Assembly (NCBI GenBank): GCA_022710715.1
Contig: JAKLGJ010000003.1
Location: 190,527-254,526, forward strand
Origin: Candidatus Omnitrophota bacterium
GTDB taxonomy: Bacteria > Omnitrophota > Gorgyraeia > Gygaellales > Profunditerraquicolaceae
Length of the DNA: 64,000 nt
Reading direction: 5' to 3'
The position numbers were made by a program, and so were the translations under genes. The notes beneath the pieces were generated by a model. That model had not been told where the DNA came from. It saw nothing but the letters and a program-made list of their open reading frames with translations, and searched no databases. This document shows, piece after piece, positions 19,277 to 28,128 of this stretch (position 1 is its first letter; each line of letters opens with the position of its first letter).

Positions 19277-19434
19277 ACGCGCGTCCTTTTTTGTGCGAGC
19301 ATCCTCTTCAGTGTCGATTTAGGCAAAGCTGCGTTGAATCTGCGCATTTCTTCCAGCCAGGCGAGCTTTTGGGCGGCAGGCACGCGCAGCCAGCGTTTCA
19401 TCTTCTCTTCTTCGGATTCCCAGCCGTAACTCAT
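19274..19434 (-). CDS. Small 53-aa ORF (MSYGWESEEEKMKRWLRVPAAQKLAWLEEMRRFNAALPKSTLKRMLAQKRTRV), translationally coupled on both sides.
   Basis: Not in the ORF track (under 60 aa). TAATG overlap with the upstream NTase stop and ATGA overlap with the rfbA start. Confidence 0.35.
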
Positions 19435-19931
19435 TATTTCTTCCCTTTCATGATTCTCTTGAGCTTCTTCAGTTGCAAGATGTCGAATGTATCTATCTGC
19501 CGGGCAGAAGCTCTTTTCATAGCGATAAGATCATCTATCCCCATCACCGGAAGCGCTAAGCCGGACACTTTTACCCGCCGGGCGCGCTTGAGCGCTTCGG
19601 CAAAAGGAACCGGCGAATCCACAATAATATCTATCTCTTTCAATTCGCCTGGTTGGTAGTAATTGATCGCCTTGAGATTCTTCTGTTTGATTAACGCGGC
19701 CAATGCCGCCGGATCCAGCGCTTTTATGTCGATCGGCTGCTTCAAGCGGTATCCCAGAGAACGTAAGATGCGGTCAGCTTCCCGCAGAGTCTGCGGATCG
19801 ATACCGATCAAAAGATCCAGATCAGCGGTTGCCCTGGACACACCCAACAAATTGAGCGCGATGCCGCCCACGATCACATAATCGAATTTCTCGCGCTGGA
19901 ATGCTTTGAAAACATCCTCATAAATGATCAT
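19434..19931 (-). CDS. Pol-beta-superfamily nucleotidyltransferase-fold protein.
   Basis: VIVGGIALNLLGVSRATADLDLLI matches hG[GS]-x9-13-DhD. Confidence 0.5.
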   Translation of the reverse strand: MIIYEDVFKAFQREKFDYVIVGGIALNLLGVSRATADLDLLIGIDPQTLREADRILRSLGYRLKQPIDIKALDPAALAALIKQKNLKAINYYQPGELKEIDIIVDSPVPFAEALKRARRVKVSGLALPVMGIDDLIAMKRASARQIDTFDILQLKKLKRIMKGKK

Positions 19932-19977
19932 ACGCCCTTGCCTTTTCCTTCAGCTTCCCTTGCTTACCTTGCGCCCC

Positions 19978-21561
19978 TCACACCCAGTTATAGATTGCCC
20001 TGGGGATGAAGAAGGTGCGGTTGTTCAAAATGATCCCCATGATGTTGGCTTTTTTCTCGGCCAGCGGGAAGAGCGCGTTGCGCACCACCTGCTTGCGGGT
20101 CTTGCCTTCGTCGACCACCAGCAGCACGCCGTCGACCTGACTGCACAGCAAAATGCTGTCGCGATGGGTCAGATCGGGCGCGGAGATAAGCACCAGATCG
20201 TAGCTGCGCACCACATCCGCCAGAAGGGTATTCATGCGGTTGGAGTCGAGCACGGTGACCGGGTTGAGCTCGGTCTTGCCCGCGGGAAGCAGCGCCAGGT
20301 TCTTAGAGATGGTCTGCACGGTCTTCTCAAAGGTGACTTTTTCCTCGATCACGTCGACCAGCCCCGGCGCGTTCTCCTTCTGCTTGTTCTCGAATTTCTT
20401 CAGGGTGAGCTGGCGGAAATTGGCGTCGACCACCAGGACTTTGAGCCCCCATTTCTCGGCGAGCGAACGGCCGAGGTTGACCACGATGTCGGCAGCGTCT
20501 TCGCCGTAGGCGGCGGTGGTGAAGAGCAGCGATTTGAGGTTCTTGTCCTTGGAGATGAGCAGGATCTGTTCGGCCAGGGTATCGAATGATCGGGACTTGC
20601 CTTTTTTAGGGATGAAACCCAGCGAGGGCAAAGCCAGGTAGCGTTCGACTTCCTGCGGCGATTTGAAGGTCTGGTCCATGTATTCGAACATGAACGCCAG
20701 CATGCCCCCCAGGAACAGGGACATGAAGATGGCCAGAATGATGATCAATCCGCCGGACGGACCCACGGGCCGCAAAGGCGGCAGGGCCTGTTCGATGACT
20801 TTGACGCTGGCCGGGCCGATAGCGTCGACGTCGTTAGGCAGAAGCTGGCCGCCGAAGAGCATTTTCTCTTTGGGCCGCTCTCTCTGCTCGATCTTGCTGA
20901 TGCTTTCCTGGATCTGGACTACGGTGGAATGTTTATCGCCGTATTTGGTCTGGAGCTCGGCCACCTGCTGTTCCAGGTCGAAAAGGATATACGCGCGGCT
21001 GACCACGTTGGCCACTGCCGCGGCGATCATCGGATCGTAATCGCGATATTTGATCAGGAAGAGATTGGTGTCGCGGATAGGCTCGATGTCGATGCGGGAT
21101 TTAAGCCGTTCCAGCGCGAGGAACGCCAGCTGGCGGCCTCTGGTCTGGTCGTCGAGGGCTTTGAGCTTGGCGGTGAGCATTTTGCGCTCGAGCTTCAGGA
21201 GGAGCGCTTTGAGCGGAGTTGCGGCTCTCTCTTCCACTTCCATGGGCAGGAAATTCTGCAGGGAGCGGAATTCGATGGTCCTGCGCAGCACCGGGAAGGA
21301 TTTGACGATTTCCGCCTGGGTCAGCGCCGCTTCCATGTTGCGGCTGCCCAAAAGCTCGCGATAGTAGGGCGATTCGACCTGTTTCTCGGCGGAGATGAGC
21401 ATCTTGACCTGGGCTTCGTATTCCGGGGTCCGCAGCATGTTGCCGATGATCACGGTGATCATCACGGTGATAAAACAGGTGATGATCACGGCTTTCTGGC
21501 GGAAAAGCACGCGCAGATAATCGCGCATGGTTGTTTCGGGTAATTGCTCGAGCTGTTCCAT
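19978..21561 (-). CDS. Polysaccharide chain-length determinant (Wzz N-domain) fused to a BY-kinase-like P-loop domain with a degenerate Walker A (TTAAYGEDAADIV).
   Basis: Two-TM Wzz topology with coiled coil; C-terminal domain has kinase-like DxD and hydrophobic strands but lacks GK[ST] and a C-terminal Tyr cluster. Confidence 0.6.
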   Translation of the reverse strand: MEQLEQLPETTMRDYLRVLFRQKAVIITCFITVMITVIIGNMLRTPEYEAQVKMLISAEKQVESPYYRELLGSRNMEAALTQAEIVKSFPVLRRTIEFRSLQNFLPMEVEERAATPLKALLLKLERKMLTAKLKALDDQTRGRQLAFLALERLKSRIDIEPIRDTNLFLIKYRDYDPMIAAAVANVVSRAYILFDLEQQVAELQTKYGDKHSTVVQIQESISKIEQRERPKEKMLFGGQLLPNDVDAIGPASVKVIEQALPPLRPVGPSGGLIIILAIFMSLFLGGMLAFMFEYMDQTFKSPQEVERYLALPSLGFIPKKGKSRSFDTLAEQILLISKDKNLKSLLFTTAAYGEDAADIVVNLGRSLAEKWGLKVLVVDANFRQLTLKKFENKQKENAPGLVDVIEEKVTFEKTVQTISKNLALLPAGKTELNPVTVLDSNRMNTLLADVVRSYDLVLISAPDLTHRDSILLCSQVDGVLLVVDEGKTRKQVVRNALFPLAEKKANIMGIILNNRTFFIPRAIYNWV

Positions 21562-21587
21562 ATGAATCCTCCCTTTAAAAGATACGA

Positions 21588-22262
21588 TTAGAAAACACCT
21601 TGCGAGACGACCACGATGTCGCCGGTTTGCAGCACCAGGTCATCGTCGGAATTACCGTCCATAACCGCTTTGATATTCACTTTGATCGTTTCATAGCCGG
21701 GCTTGTTTGAGCGCGGCCGCAATACTTTGACGTGGGTTGAGCCGAATTTGGTAAAACCGCCGGCCATGGAGATGGCGCGCAGGACCGTGGTGCTGCCTTC
21801 GAGCTGGAAGGTGCCGGGCCGCATCACTTCGCCGTAGACGAAGAATTTATGCGAGCGGGCTTCGCGCAATGAAACCGAAACCACCGGGTATTTCATGTAA
21901 CCGTCGGAAAGACGGTCCTGGATTTCTTTCTGGATGCCGGTCAGGGTCAAGCCGTTGACTCTGACGCTGCCCACGTAGGGGAACGAGATCGAGCCGTCGG
22001 GAGCCACGGAGACGGTGACCAGCAGCTTTTCCGGCTGGAGCACGCTGATATCCATGATATCGTCCACGCCGACCACGTATTCCGTGCCGGGAGCCATATC
22101 CGGGCTGGAAGCCGCGGGCGCTGAAACGGCGGACGCGGGGACTGCGGGTGCCGAGGCTGCGGGCGCCGGGACCGCAGGCGCTTCATCCTTGGCCGCTTCC
22201 GCGGCGCATGCGACTGACGCTCCGAAAAGTAACAGTATAAGACCGGTTAAAAACTGTTTCAT
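21588..22262 (-). CDS. Wza-like polysaccharide export protein (Poly_export + SLBB), short EpsE-type.
   Basis: Signal peptide, an Ala/Pro-rich linker, then a PES/SLBB domain. RBS GGAGGAG precedes ATG 22262. Confidence 0.65.
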   Translation of the reverse strand: MKQFLTGLILLLFGASVACAAEAAKDEAPAVPAPAASAPAVPASAVSAPAASSPDMAPGTEYVVGVDDIMDISVLQPEKLLVTVSVAPDGSISFPYVGSVRVNGLTLTGIQKEIQDRLSDGYMKYPVVSVSLREARSHKFFVYGEVMRPGTFQLEGSTTVLRAISMAGGFTKFGSTHVKVLRPRSNKPGYETIKVNIKAVMDGNSDDDLVLQTGDIVVVSQGVF

Positions 22263-22292
22263 CACTCCTCCTTTGATTAGAAACTTATCCAC

Positions 22293-22544
22293 TCAATTAG
22301 TCGCTACGCGATGCAGCAACTCTGAAATAAAAGTCTGGTATTTTACTCCCATTTTGCGCGCTTTTTCCTTGATGTTCCTCAAATCCTGGCTGTTAATGCG
22401 GACATTGAGGACCGCGTCTTTTTTTCTGGCGGCAAGAGATTGAGCGATCTGGTGAAACTCTTCCGGAGTTACGTTCACGAATTGATCATTGATCAAGGCT
22501 TCTTCGATCTCTTTTTCTTGTGCGGGCAGTTTAAGTCTTCTCAT
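22293..22544 (-). CDS. BrnA-like ribbon-helix-helix (CopG/COG3514) antitoxin-type regulator, orphan (no BrnT partner).
   Basis: LNVRINSQDLRNIKEKARKMGVKYQTFISELLHRV matches the BrnA core. Confidence 0.5.
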   Translation of the reverse strand: MRRLKLPAQEKEIEEALINDQFVNVTPEEFHQIAQSLAARKKDAVLNVRINSQDLRNIKEKARKMGVKYQTFISELLHRVATN

Positions 22545-22592
22545 TACGCAAAACCTCCATAAAACTTTTTAGCAGGTTCCAGGAAAGCTTAC

Positions 22593-22628
22593 GCATGTAT
22601 TATAACATGCATACAATTGTATATACAA
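22593..22628 (-). promoter_or_regulatory. Putative sigma70 promoter and operator. Inverted repeat GCATGT-N6-ACATGC whose loop is TATAAT on the minus strand, plus the perfect 12-bp palindrome TTGTATATACAA (a -35-like TTGTAT 18 bp upstream).
   Basis: Direct reading of the sequence upstream of the RHH gene. Confidence 0.4.
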
Positions 22629-22673
22629 ATCTATTTCTTTTCTTCAATTGAATGCGGCTTTTTCAACGCCCCC

Positions 22674-22754
22674 AAAAAAGGGGACACAGCAATTTGCAAA
22701 GGGGACACATCTGTCCGATTTTCTCGACGAGCCGTTTTGGGTGGACCTGTCCCC
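22674..22754 (-). repeat. REP-like element copy G, immediately 3' of the sugar transferase gene. Followed by a perfect 21-bp tandem duplication (22747-22788) spanning the REP end and the gene's last codons.
   Basis: GGGGACACAGCAATTTGCAAAGGGGACACATCTGTCCG...GGGTGGACCTGTCCCC; CTGTCCCCTATTTCGCGCCGA repeated twice. Confidence 0.8.
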
Positions 22755-22774
22755 TATTTCGCGCCGACTGTCCC

Positions 22775-24193
22775 CTATTTCGCGCCGATGCCGAGGATAA
22801 CCGCAGGCACGGTTTTGGCGATGATCTTGGCGTCGAGCCACAGGGACCAGTTGTCGATGTAATCCAGGTCCAGCTTGACCCATTTGGCGAAATCCACGAT
22901 CTGATTGCGCCCGGAAACCTGCCAGAGGCAGGTGATGCCCGGCCGCATGGAAAGCCTGCGGCGGTGCCAGGCGTCGTATTCCTTGACTTCCAAGGGCAAC
23001 GGCGGACGCGGCCCCACGGTGCTCATATCCCCGCAGAACACGTTCCATAATTGCGGCAGCTCGTCGATGGAAAACTTGCGCAGGATGCGGCCCAGCCAGG
23101 TCACCCTGGGGTCGTTTTTCATCTTGAACACCGGGCCGGTCATCTCGTTATGCACGCGCAATTCGTTCAATTTCATCTCCGCGTCTTTGATCATGGTGCG
23201 GAATTTGTACAGGGTGAAAATGCGGCCGTTAAGCCCCACCCGTTTCTGCCGGAAGAATACCGGCCCCGCGGAAGTCACTTTTATCAAGAGCGCCACGATC
23301 AGGAAAAAAGGCGACAGCGCCACAAGCAGGACGCCGGCAAAAACAAAATCGAAAACGCGCTTGATCAGCAGATGCCAGAGTTTATCCGGCGTGGAATCAA
23401 AGGTCAACAGGGGAAATTTGCCCAGCTCCCCGACTTTAGCCCGGGAGAACTGCATCTCGAAATAATCCACGGCCACGTGTATCTTCAAACCTTCCATTTC
23501 GCACAGATAGAGGATATCCTCGATCTTGTTCAGCCAGGAACGCGGGATCACGAAAACCACCTCATCGATCACCATGCTGCGCAGGATCAGGGGCATGTCC
23601 TTGAAGGTCCCCAGGACTTTCACCCCTTCCACGCTCTCCCCCTTCTTGCCCGGATCGTCGTCGATGATGCCGGCGAGCTTGTACCCCCAGGAAGAATGCT
23701 CCTTGATCAACTGGATGAATTGCTGGGCGCGTTTGTTGGTGCCCACCACCAGGAGATATTTGACGTTGAAGCCGCGGCGGCGGATCAGGCGGAAAAACAG
23801 GATGAGAAATATTTTCGAAGCCAGAGTCAACACCGTGGCGATGCCGAAGACCAGCAGGATGAACGCGCGGCTGATCTCATGCAGCCGGAATAAATAGATC
23901 ACGCTGGAGTAAAATACGAACCCCACGAAAGCGGTGCGCAGCACGATCAGCCAGATATCCCAGAGCGGCTTGGTGCGAAAGGATTCGTACATTTTGAACC
24001 AATAGAGCAATCCGCTCCAGGTGAAAACGAACAGCGGCAGCAGGCCGACGTATTCGTTCAACGGATGGATCATGCCCATGCTATCGCTCAAATAACCGCG
24101 GAATTCGAAGCCGATGAGGAATGACGCGGCGGCAATGAACATATCCACGAAAACCGCTGTTTTTCTAAGCATTGAAATGCGTTCTTTAAGCAT
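22775..24193 (-). CDS. Polyprenyl-phosphate glycosyl-1-phosphate transferase (WbaP/EpsL-type initiating sugar transferase).
   Basis: N-terminal TM bundle plus a C-terminal bacterial sugar transferase domain (KRVFDFVFAGVLLVALSPFFL...FRQKRVGLNGRIFTLYKFRTM). Confidence 0.8.
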   Translation of the reverse strand: MLKERISMLRKTAVFVDMFIAAASFLIGFEFRGYLSDSMGMIHPLNEYVGLLPLFVFTWSGLLYWFKMYESFRTKPLWDIWLIVLRTAFVGFVFYSSVIYLFRLHEISRAFILLVFGIATVLTLASKIFLILFFRLIRRRGFNVKYLLVVGTNKRAQQFIQLIKEHSSWGYKLAGIIDDDPGKKGESVEGVKVLGTFKDMPLILRSMVIDEVVFVIPRSWLNKIEDILYLCEMEGLKIHVAVDYFEMQFSRAKVGELGKFPLLTFDSTPDKLWHLLIKRVFDFVFAGVLLVALSPFFLIVALLIKVTSAGPVFFRQKRVGLNGRIFTLYKFRTMIKDAEMKLNELRVHNEMTGPVFKMKNDPRVTWLGRILRKFSIDELPQLWNVFCGDMSTVGPRPPLPLEVKEYDAWHRRRLSMRPGITCLWQVSGRNQIVDFAKWVKLDLDYIDNWSLWLDAKIIAKTVPAVILGIGAK

Positions 24194-24219
24194 CTGCGAT
24201 TGTTCCTTGCGCTATGAGA

Positions 24220-25395
24220 TTAAAACAATACGGTCAGGCCGCAGGTCACGGCGTTCTTTTCGTAGTCGCGGGTGTCGGAGTTGGAGTCGGTTTGAGAATA
24301 TGCATACGAGACGTTGGCTTTGATGTTGTCCGCGACGTCATAGACCAGGCCGACATTGATTCCCTGGAACGTGTCTCTGACGTCAACCACGGTATAGGTG
24401 CCTTCGCCGTAAAAAGCGTTCACCCCCAGACCGAGCCTGCGGAATATCTGGTTGCCCAGGCCGGCGGAAAACTGCCACTGATTGAAAAGGTCCTGGGTGG
24501 ATGAATTGGTGGTGTATTGTTTGGAATAGGAGATCGAAGCCCGGGTAGTGGCGTCTAAATCGTCGGTCAGGGTGACCTGGAAGAACGGTTTGACGTAATT
24601 CCTGTTATTGAACGAACGGATGAAATCGTAGCCGGTTTTTCCGTCGAGATAAACCTGGGAAGTGAAATAATGCCTGCCTCCCGCGCCCAGGGAATTGATG
24701 GTGGCCGACGCGCCGGGATCGAATTCGCGCACCGCGATATCGTAGGAAATCGACCCCTGGGTTTTGGAACTGAAGATATAATCCCCGGATACCCCGAAGC
24801 GGTTATAATAGGAATCGCTCATGTCGTTGCGGGAGTAATCGGTGATCTCGTTGGCGTAACGCAGCGAACCGGTGAATTCTTTGGTGAAATCGCGGCTATA
24901 GGAGGCGTTGAATCGGTTGCGCAAATAGCTGTACCGGCCGGAAGTGCGGCCGAATTCGTCTTCGAAGCTGCTCGGCTCTTCGGCGTGGGTAAACGTATCG
25001 CTCAAGCTGAAACGCTCGTAAGGATTGAGTTCCCGGTTATACCGGGCGTTGATATGTTCGGAGGTATTGTCGAAATCGCTGTATTTATCGAAGAACTGCT
25101 GGTTGATCCGGGCGGTAAAGGCCAGGTTCTGGGTTTTGCCTTCATAGGCGGCGTCCAGGCCGACCGAAGCGGTAGTGATATAATCATCCTTCTCGTTGGT
25201 CTGGGCGTAGGTGATGTTGTCATCGTAGGAAACCGACAGCGAACCCAGGGCTTTGAGATCCCAGCCATTGATCAGATACGCGTGCGCGCGCGCCGGGGCG
25301 CAAAAGCAGCAAACGACAGAGCAAACGGCAGTTACGATAAGGCTGGAAACGGCACTGCGGCGGAAGATAAAAAAACGGCTCAAACGTGGTCGCAC
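24220..25395 (-). CDS. Outer-membrane beta-barrel protein (OmpL-like; PEP-CTERM/EPS-locus associated type).
   Basis: Signal peptide ...CAPARAHA; alternating amphipathic strands; aromatic-rich; C-terminal Phe. Confidence 0.5.
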   Translation of the reverse strand: MRPRLSRFFIFRRSAVSSLIVTAVCSVVCCFCAPARAHAYLINGWDLKALGSLSVSYDDNITYAQTNEKDDYITTASVGLDAAYEGKTQNLAFTARINQQFFDKYSDFDNTSEHINARYNRELNPYERFSLSDTFTHAEEPSSFEDEFGRTSGRYSYLRNRFNASYSRDFTKEFTGSLRYANEITDYSRNDMSDSYYNRFGVSGDYIFSSKTQGSISYDIAVREFDPGASATINSLGAGGRHYFTSQVYLDGKTGYDFIRSFNNRNYVKPFFQVTLTDDLDATTRASISYSKQYTTNSSTQDLFNQWQFSAGLGNQIFRRLGLGVNAFYGEGTYTVVDVRDTFQGINVGLVYDVADNIKANVSYAYSQTDSNSDTRDYEKNAVTCGLTVLF

Positions 25396-25584
25396 GGTTT
25401 CCGGGAATCCTTTCTGGCGCTTAAGGCATTAAGGTACAATAAGTTAATTCATAAAGTAAACAATGTAAAGTATATCATACCATCAGGCTTATTTCAAGCA
25501 AATAGAAACAATTCCCGGTTTCGGGCTGCGCAGGCTGCCTCACGCAGGTTTTCCCGCGCAAGCTGCCCGTACCTTCTCACGGGA

Positions 25585-25968
25585 TCATTGTTTTTGGGAG
25601 AGCGTTTGGCTGATGCACTCAATGAGTTTCTGGGTGGTGACCGGCTTGGCCAGGAACGGACGGCCGCCGATGTTGCCTTTCTGGGCCTCTACCTCTTTGT
25701 CGCTGACGATCGCGGTGAGAAAAACGACCGGAATGCGGGAGAGTTCGGGATCGTTCTTGAGTTCGGCGAAGATGTCCACGCCGCTCAAATCCGGCATGAT
25801 AATGTCCAGAAAGATCATTTCCGGCTTGAATTCCTTGATCACCGGTATGGCCAGGAGCCCGCGGGATTCGGTACGCACTTCGAAATCGCCGGCCGCTTCA
25901 AGGTTCAATTTGACCATCCGGGCAAAAGATTCTTCGTCGTCTATGATGAGAATTTTACGCTTGGCCAT
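25585..25968 (-). CDS. Single-domain response regulator (REC only).
   Basis: ILIIDDE...D...K receiver motifs. Confidence 0.8.
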   Translation of the reverse strand: MAKRKILIIDDEESFARMVKLNLEAAGDFEVRTESRGLLAIPVIKEFKPEMIFLDIIMPDLSGVDIFAELKNDPELSRIPVVFLTAIVSDKEVEAQKGNIGGRPFLAKPVTTQKLIECISQTLSQKQ

Positions 25969-25979
25969 GGGCAGCCTCC

Positions 25980-27266
25980 TTACAGCTTAAGCAACAGCAC
26001 CGTTCGCACCCCGCCGATGGGCCGGTTTTTAACCACGATGCTGGCATTGTGCATATCCATAATGTTTTTCACGATGGGAAGGCCCAATCCGGTGCCTCCC
26101 TTGCCCTGCTTGGTGGTGACAAAAGGGAAAAAGATCTTGTCGATCATTTCCGGCGGTATGCCGCTGCCGGTGTCTTCGATCTCCAGCACCACCACCGTAT
26201 CCTTGAGCGCGAAATCCGCCGCGGGATCGACGTCTTCGGGCGGGACTTTGGAGAATTCCCTGACATTGGTGCGCAAGGTCAGGATGCCTCCCGAAGCCAT
26301 AGCGTCGACGGAATTCATCACCAGGTTCATGATCACCTGTTCGATCTTGATCCTGTCCACGTTCACGAACAATTGTTCGTGCCAGAATTCCTTGACCACG
26401 CCGATATGGAACTTGCTGAATTCGTGCTTCATCAGCAGCAGCGAATTCTCGATGAGCTGGTGCAGATTGTGGCGGCCGAACTGTATTTCCGACACGCGCG
26501 AGAAATCCAGCAAACCTTTGATGATGCTATCCGCGCGAACCACGGCTTCGCTCATGTAGTTCAAAGTGGAAGCCACATTCTCGTTGTCGGAACGCACGGT
26601 GCGGTAAAGGTATTCTATTCCCTGCAGGATGATCGCCAGGGGATTTTTGACTTCATGAGCCACTCCCGAAGCCAGGCGGCCGACCACCTCCATCTTTTCG
26701 GAATAGACCAGTTGCGCCTGGGTATCCTTGACCTCGGCGTAAGCGGCCATCAGGTCGCTTTCGGCTTTTCTGCGTTCTTCGATCTCCCTGGTCAACTGCT
26801 CGTTGGCATCGATAAGTTCGGCGGTGCGTTCGGACACGCGCAGTTCAAGTTCGTCGCGGACCCGGCGCAGATCGTCTTCGATACGCTTGCGCTCGATGGC
26901 GTAGCGGATGCTGCGCACCAGCAACCGGCTGTCCACCTGGCCTTTAACCAGGTAATCCTGGGCGCCCTGGCGCACGGCATTGATGGCGAACGTCTCATCG
27001 TTGATGCCGGTCATCACGATAATAGGCATCTGGGGAAACGCGGTGTAGGCGTTCAAAAAGGTCTGGAATCCGTCGGAATCCGGCAGCATCAGATCGAGTA
27101 GGACCACGTCGAACAACGTGTCTTTGAGCCGCTGCAGACCGGCGGCAAGGGTAGTGGCGATTTCGATTTCAAACGGCTGGTTGGATTGCTTGAGCAGATC
27201 GGAGAGCGTGACCGCGATGAGATTATTGTCCTCGATCATCAAAACCCGGATGGTTTGATTGTCCAT
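25980..27266 (-). CDS. Hybrid sensor histidine kinase (N-terminal REC, coiled coil, HisKA, HATPase_c).
   Basis: VLMIEDN...DLMLPD; H-box SGVAHEVKNPL; G boxes. Confidence 0.8.
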   Translation of the reverse strand: MDNQTIRVLMIEDNNLIAVTLSDLLKQSNQPFEIEIATTLAAGLQRLKDTLFDVVLLDLMLPDSDGFQTFLNAYTAFPQMPIIVMTGINDETFAINAVRQGAQDYLVKGQVDSRLLVRSIRYAIERKRIEDDLRRVRDELELRVSERTAELIDANEQLTREIEERRKAESDLMAAYAEVKDTQAQLVYSEKMEVVGRLASGVAHEVKNPLAIILQGIEYLYRTVRSDNENVASTLNYMSEAVVRADSIIKGLLDFSRVSEIQFGRHNLHQLIENSLLLMKHEFSKFHIGVVKEFWHEQLFVNVDRIKIEQVIMNLVMNSVDAMASGGILTLRTNVREFSKVPPEDVDPAADFALKDTVVVLEIEDTGSGIPPEMIDKIFFPFVTTKQGKGGTGLGLPIVKNIMDMHNASIVVKNRPIGGVRTVLLLKL

Positions 27267-27291
27267 AGTGGTTTAGATTGTACCACAAATT

Positions 27292-28128
27292 CTACGGCTG
27301 CACAAGGTTAACTAAAGGCGCGAGCGCATCTACGCCGCTTTTGCCGCTGTAATCGGGTTGAGGCGGGTCAGCCTGGTACAGAACACCCAGAGGGATACGT
27401 TCTCCCCATTCCAGGGATTTAGTCAACGCCCAGACCAGGTCCGCAGGCCGGTAATCCGGCTGCGCGGCCGCCTGATAAACCCGCTGGGAGTACCACTCAT
27501 GGGTATTCTTTTTATTGAAGGTCACGCAGGGCTGAAGCACGTCGATCAGCGCGAATCCCTTGTGCCGGATGCCGGCCAGGATCAGGCCGGATAGAGATTC
27601 GCTGTCCCGGGAAAAACCGCGGGCGACAAACCCGGCGCCCGCGGCAATAGCCAGAGTCAGCGGCGAAAGATGCGCGTTGATCACTCCCCCGGTCTGCACC
27701 GCGGTCTTCAGACCTTCATCGGTGGTAGGCGAAGCCTGGCCTTTAGTCAGGCCGTAGATCTGGTTGTCGTGCACGATCACGGTGATGTCGATATTGCGGC
27801 GGATGGCGTGGATGAAATGGTTGCCGCCCTCGCCGTAACAATCGCCGTCGCCGGTAGTAACCAGCACGGTCAATTGCCGGTTGGCGATCTTGATCCCGGT
27901 AGCCACCGGCAGCGCCCGGCCGTGCAAACCGTTAAAACAATTGGCCTTGATATAATGCGGCAGCTTGGCCGCCTGGCCGATACCGGAAACCAGCATCAGC
28001 TCTTGAGGCGGTTTGCCCAGTTGAGCCAGGGCTTTTTTTACCGCGTTAAGGATGCCGAAATTCCCGCATCCCGGGCACCAGGCTATTTCGTCTTGAGTTT
28101 TAAAATCCGCAGTATCCATATCAGGCAA
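27292..28128 (-). CDS. korB: 2-oxoacid:ferredoxin oxidoreductase, beta (TPP-binding) subunit.
   Basis: CPGCG...GDGD.YGEGGNHFIHA TPP motif. Confidence 0.8.
   Translation of the reverse strand: MPDMDTADFKTQDEIAWCPGCGNFGILNAVKKALAQLGKPPQELMLVSGIGQAAKLPHYIKANCFNGLHGRALPVATGIKIANRQLTVLVTTGDGDCYGEGGNHFIHAIRRNIDITVIVHDNQIYGLTKGQASPTTDEGLKTAVQTGGVINAHLSPLTLAIAAGAGFVARGFSRDSESLSGLILAGIRHKGFALIDVLQPCVTFNKKNTHEWYSQRVYQAAAQPDYRPADLVWALTKSLEWGERIPLGVLYQADPPQPDYSGKSGVDALAPLVNLVQP

Noticed and set aside
25560-25584. Hairpin CCCGT-N8-ACGGG followed by T-rich DNA, as a terminator for the response regulator gene
   Set aside because: The T-tract is on the plus strand only, opposite to the gene direction. The stem is 5 bp, too weak to call.
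24670-26559. 629-aa plus-strand ORF, and other long antisense ORFs in high-GC regions (e.g. 19924-20589, 32133-33146, 39259-40554, 41335-42918, 48713-50110, 55815-57080, 61630-62835)
   Set aside because: All lie opposite well-supported minus-strand genes (OMP, kinases, atp genes etc.). They lack RBSs, and high GC suppresses stop codons.
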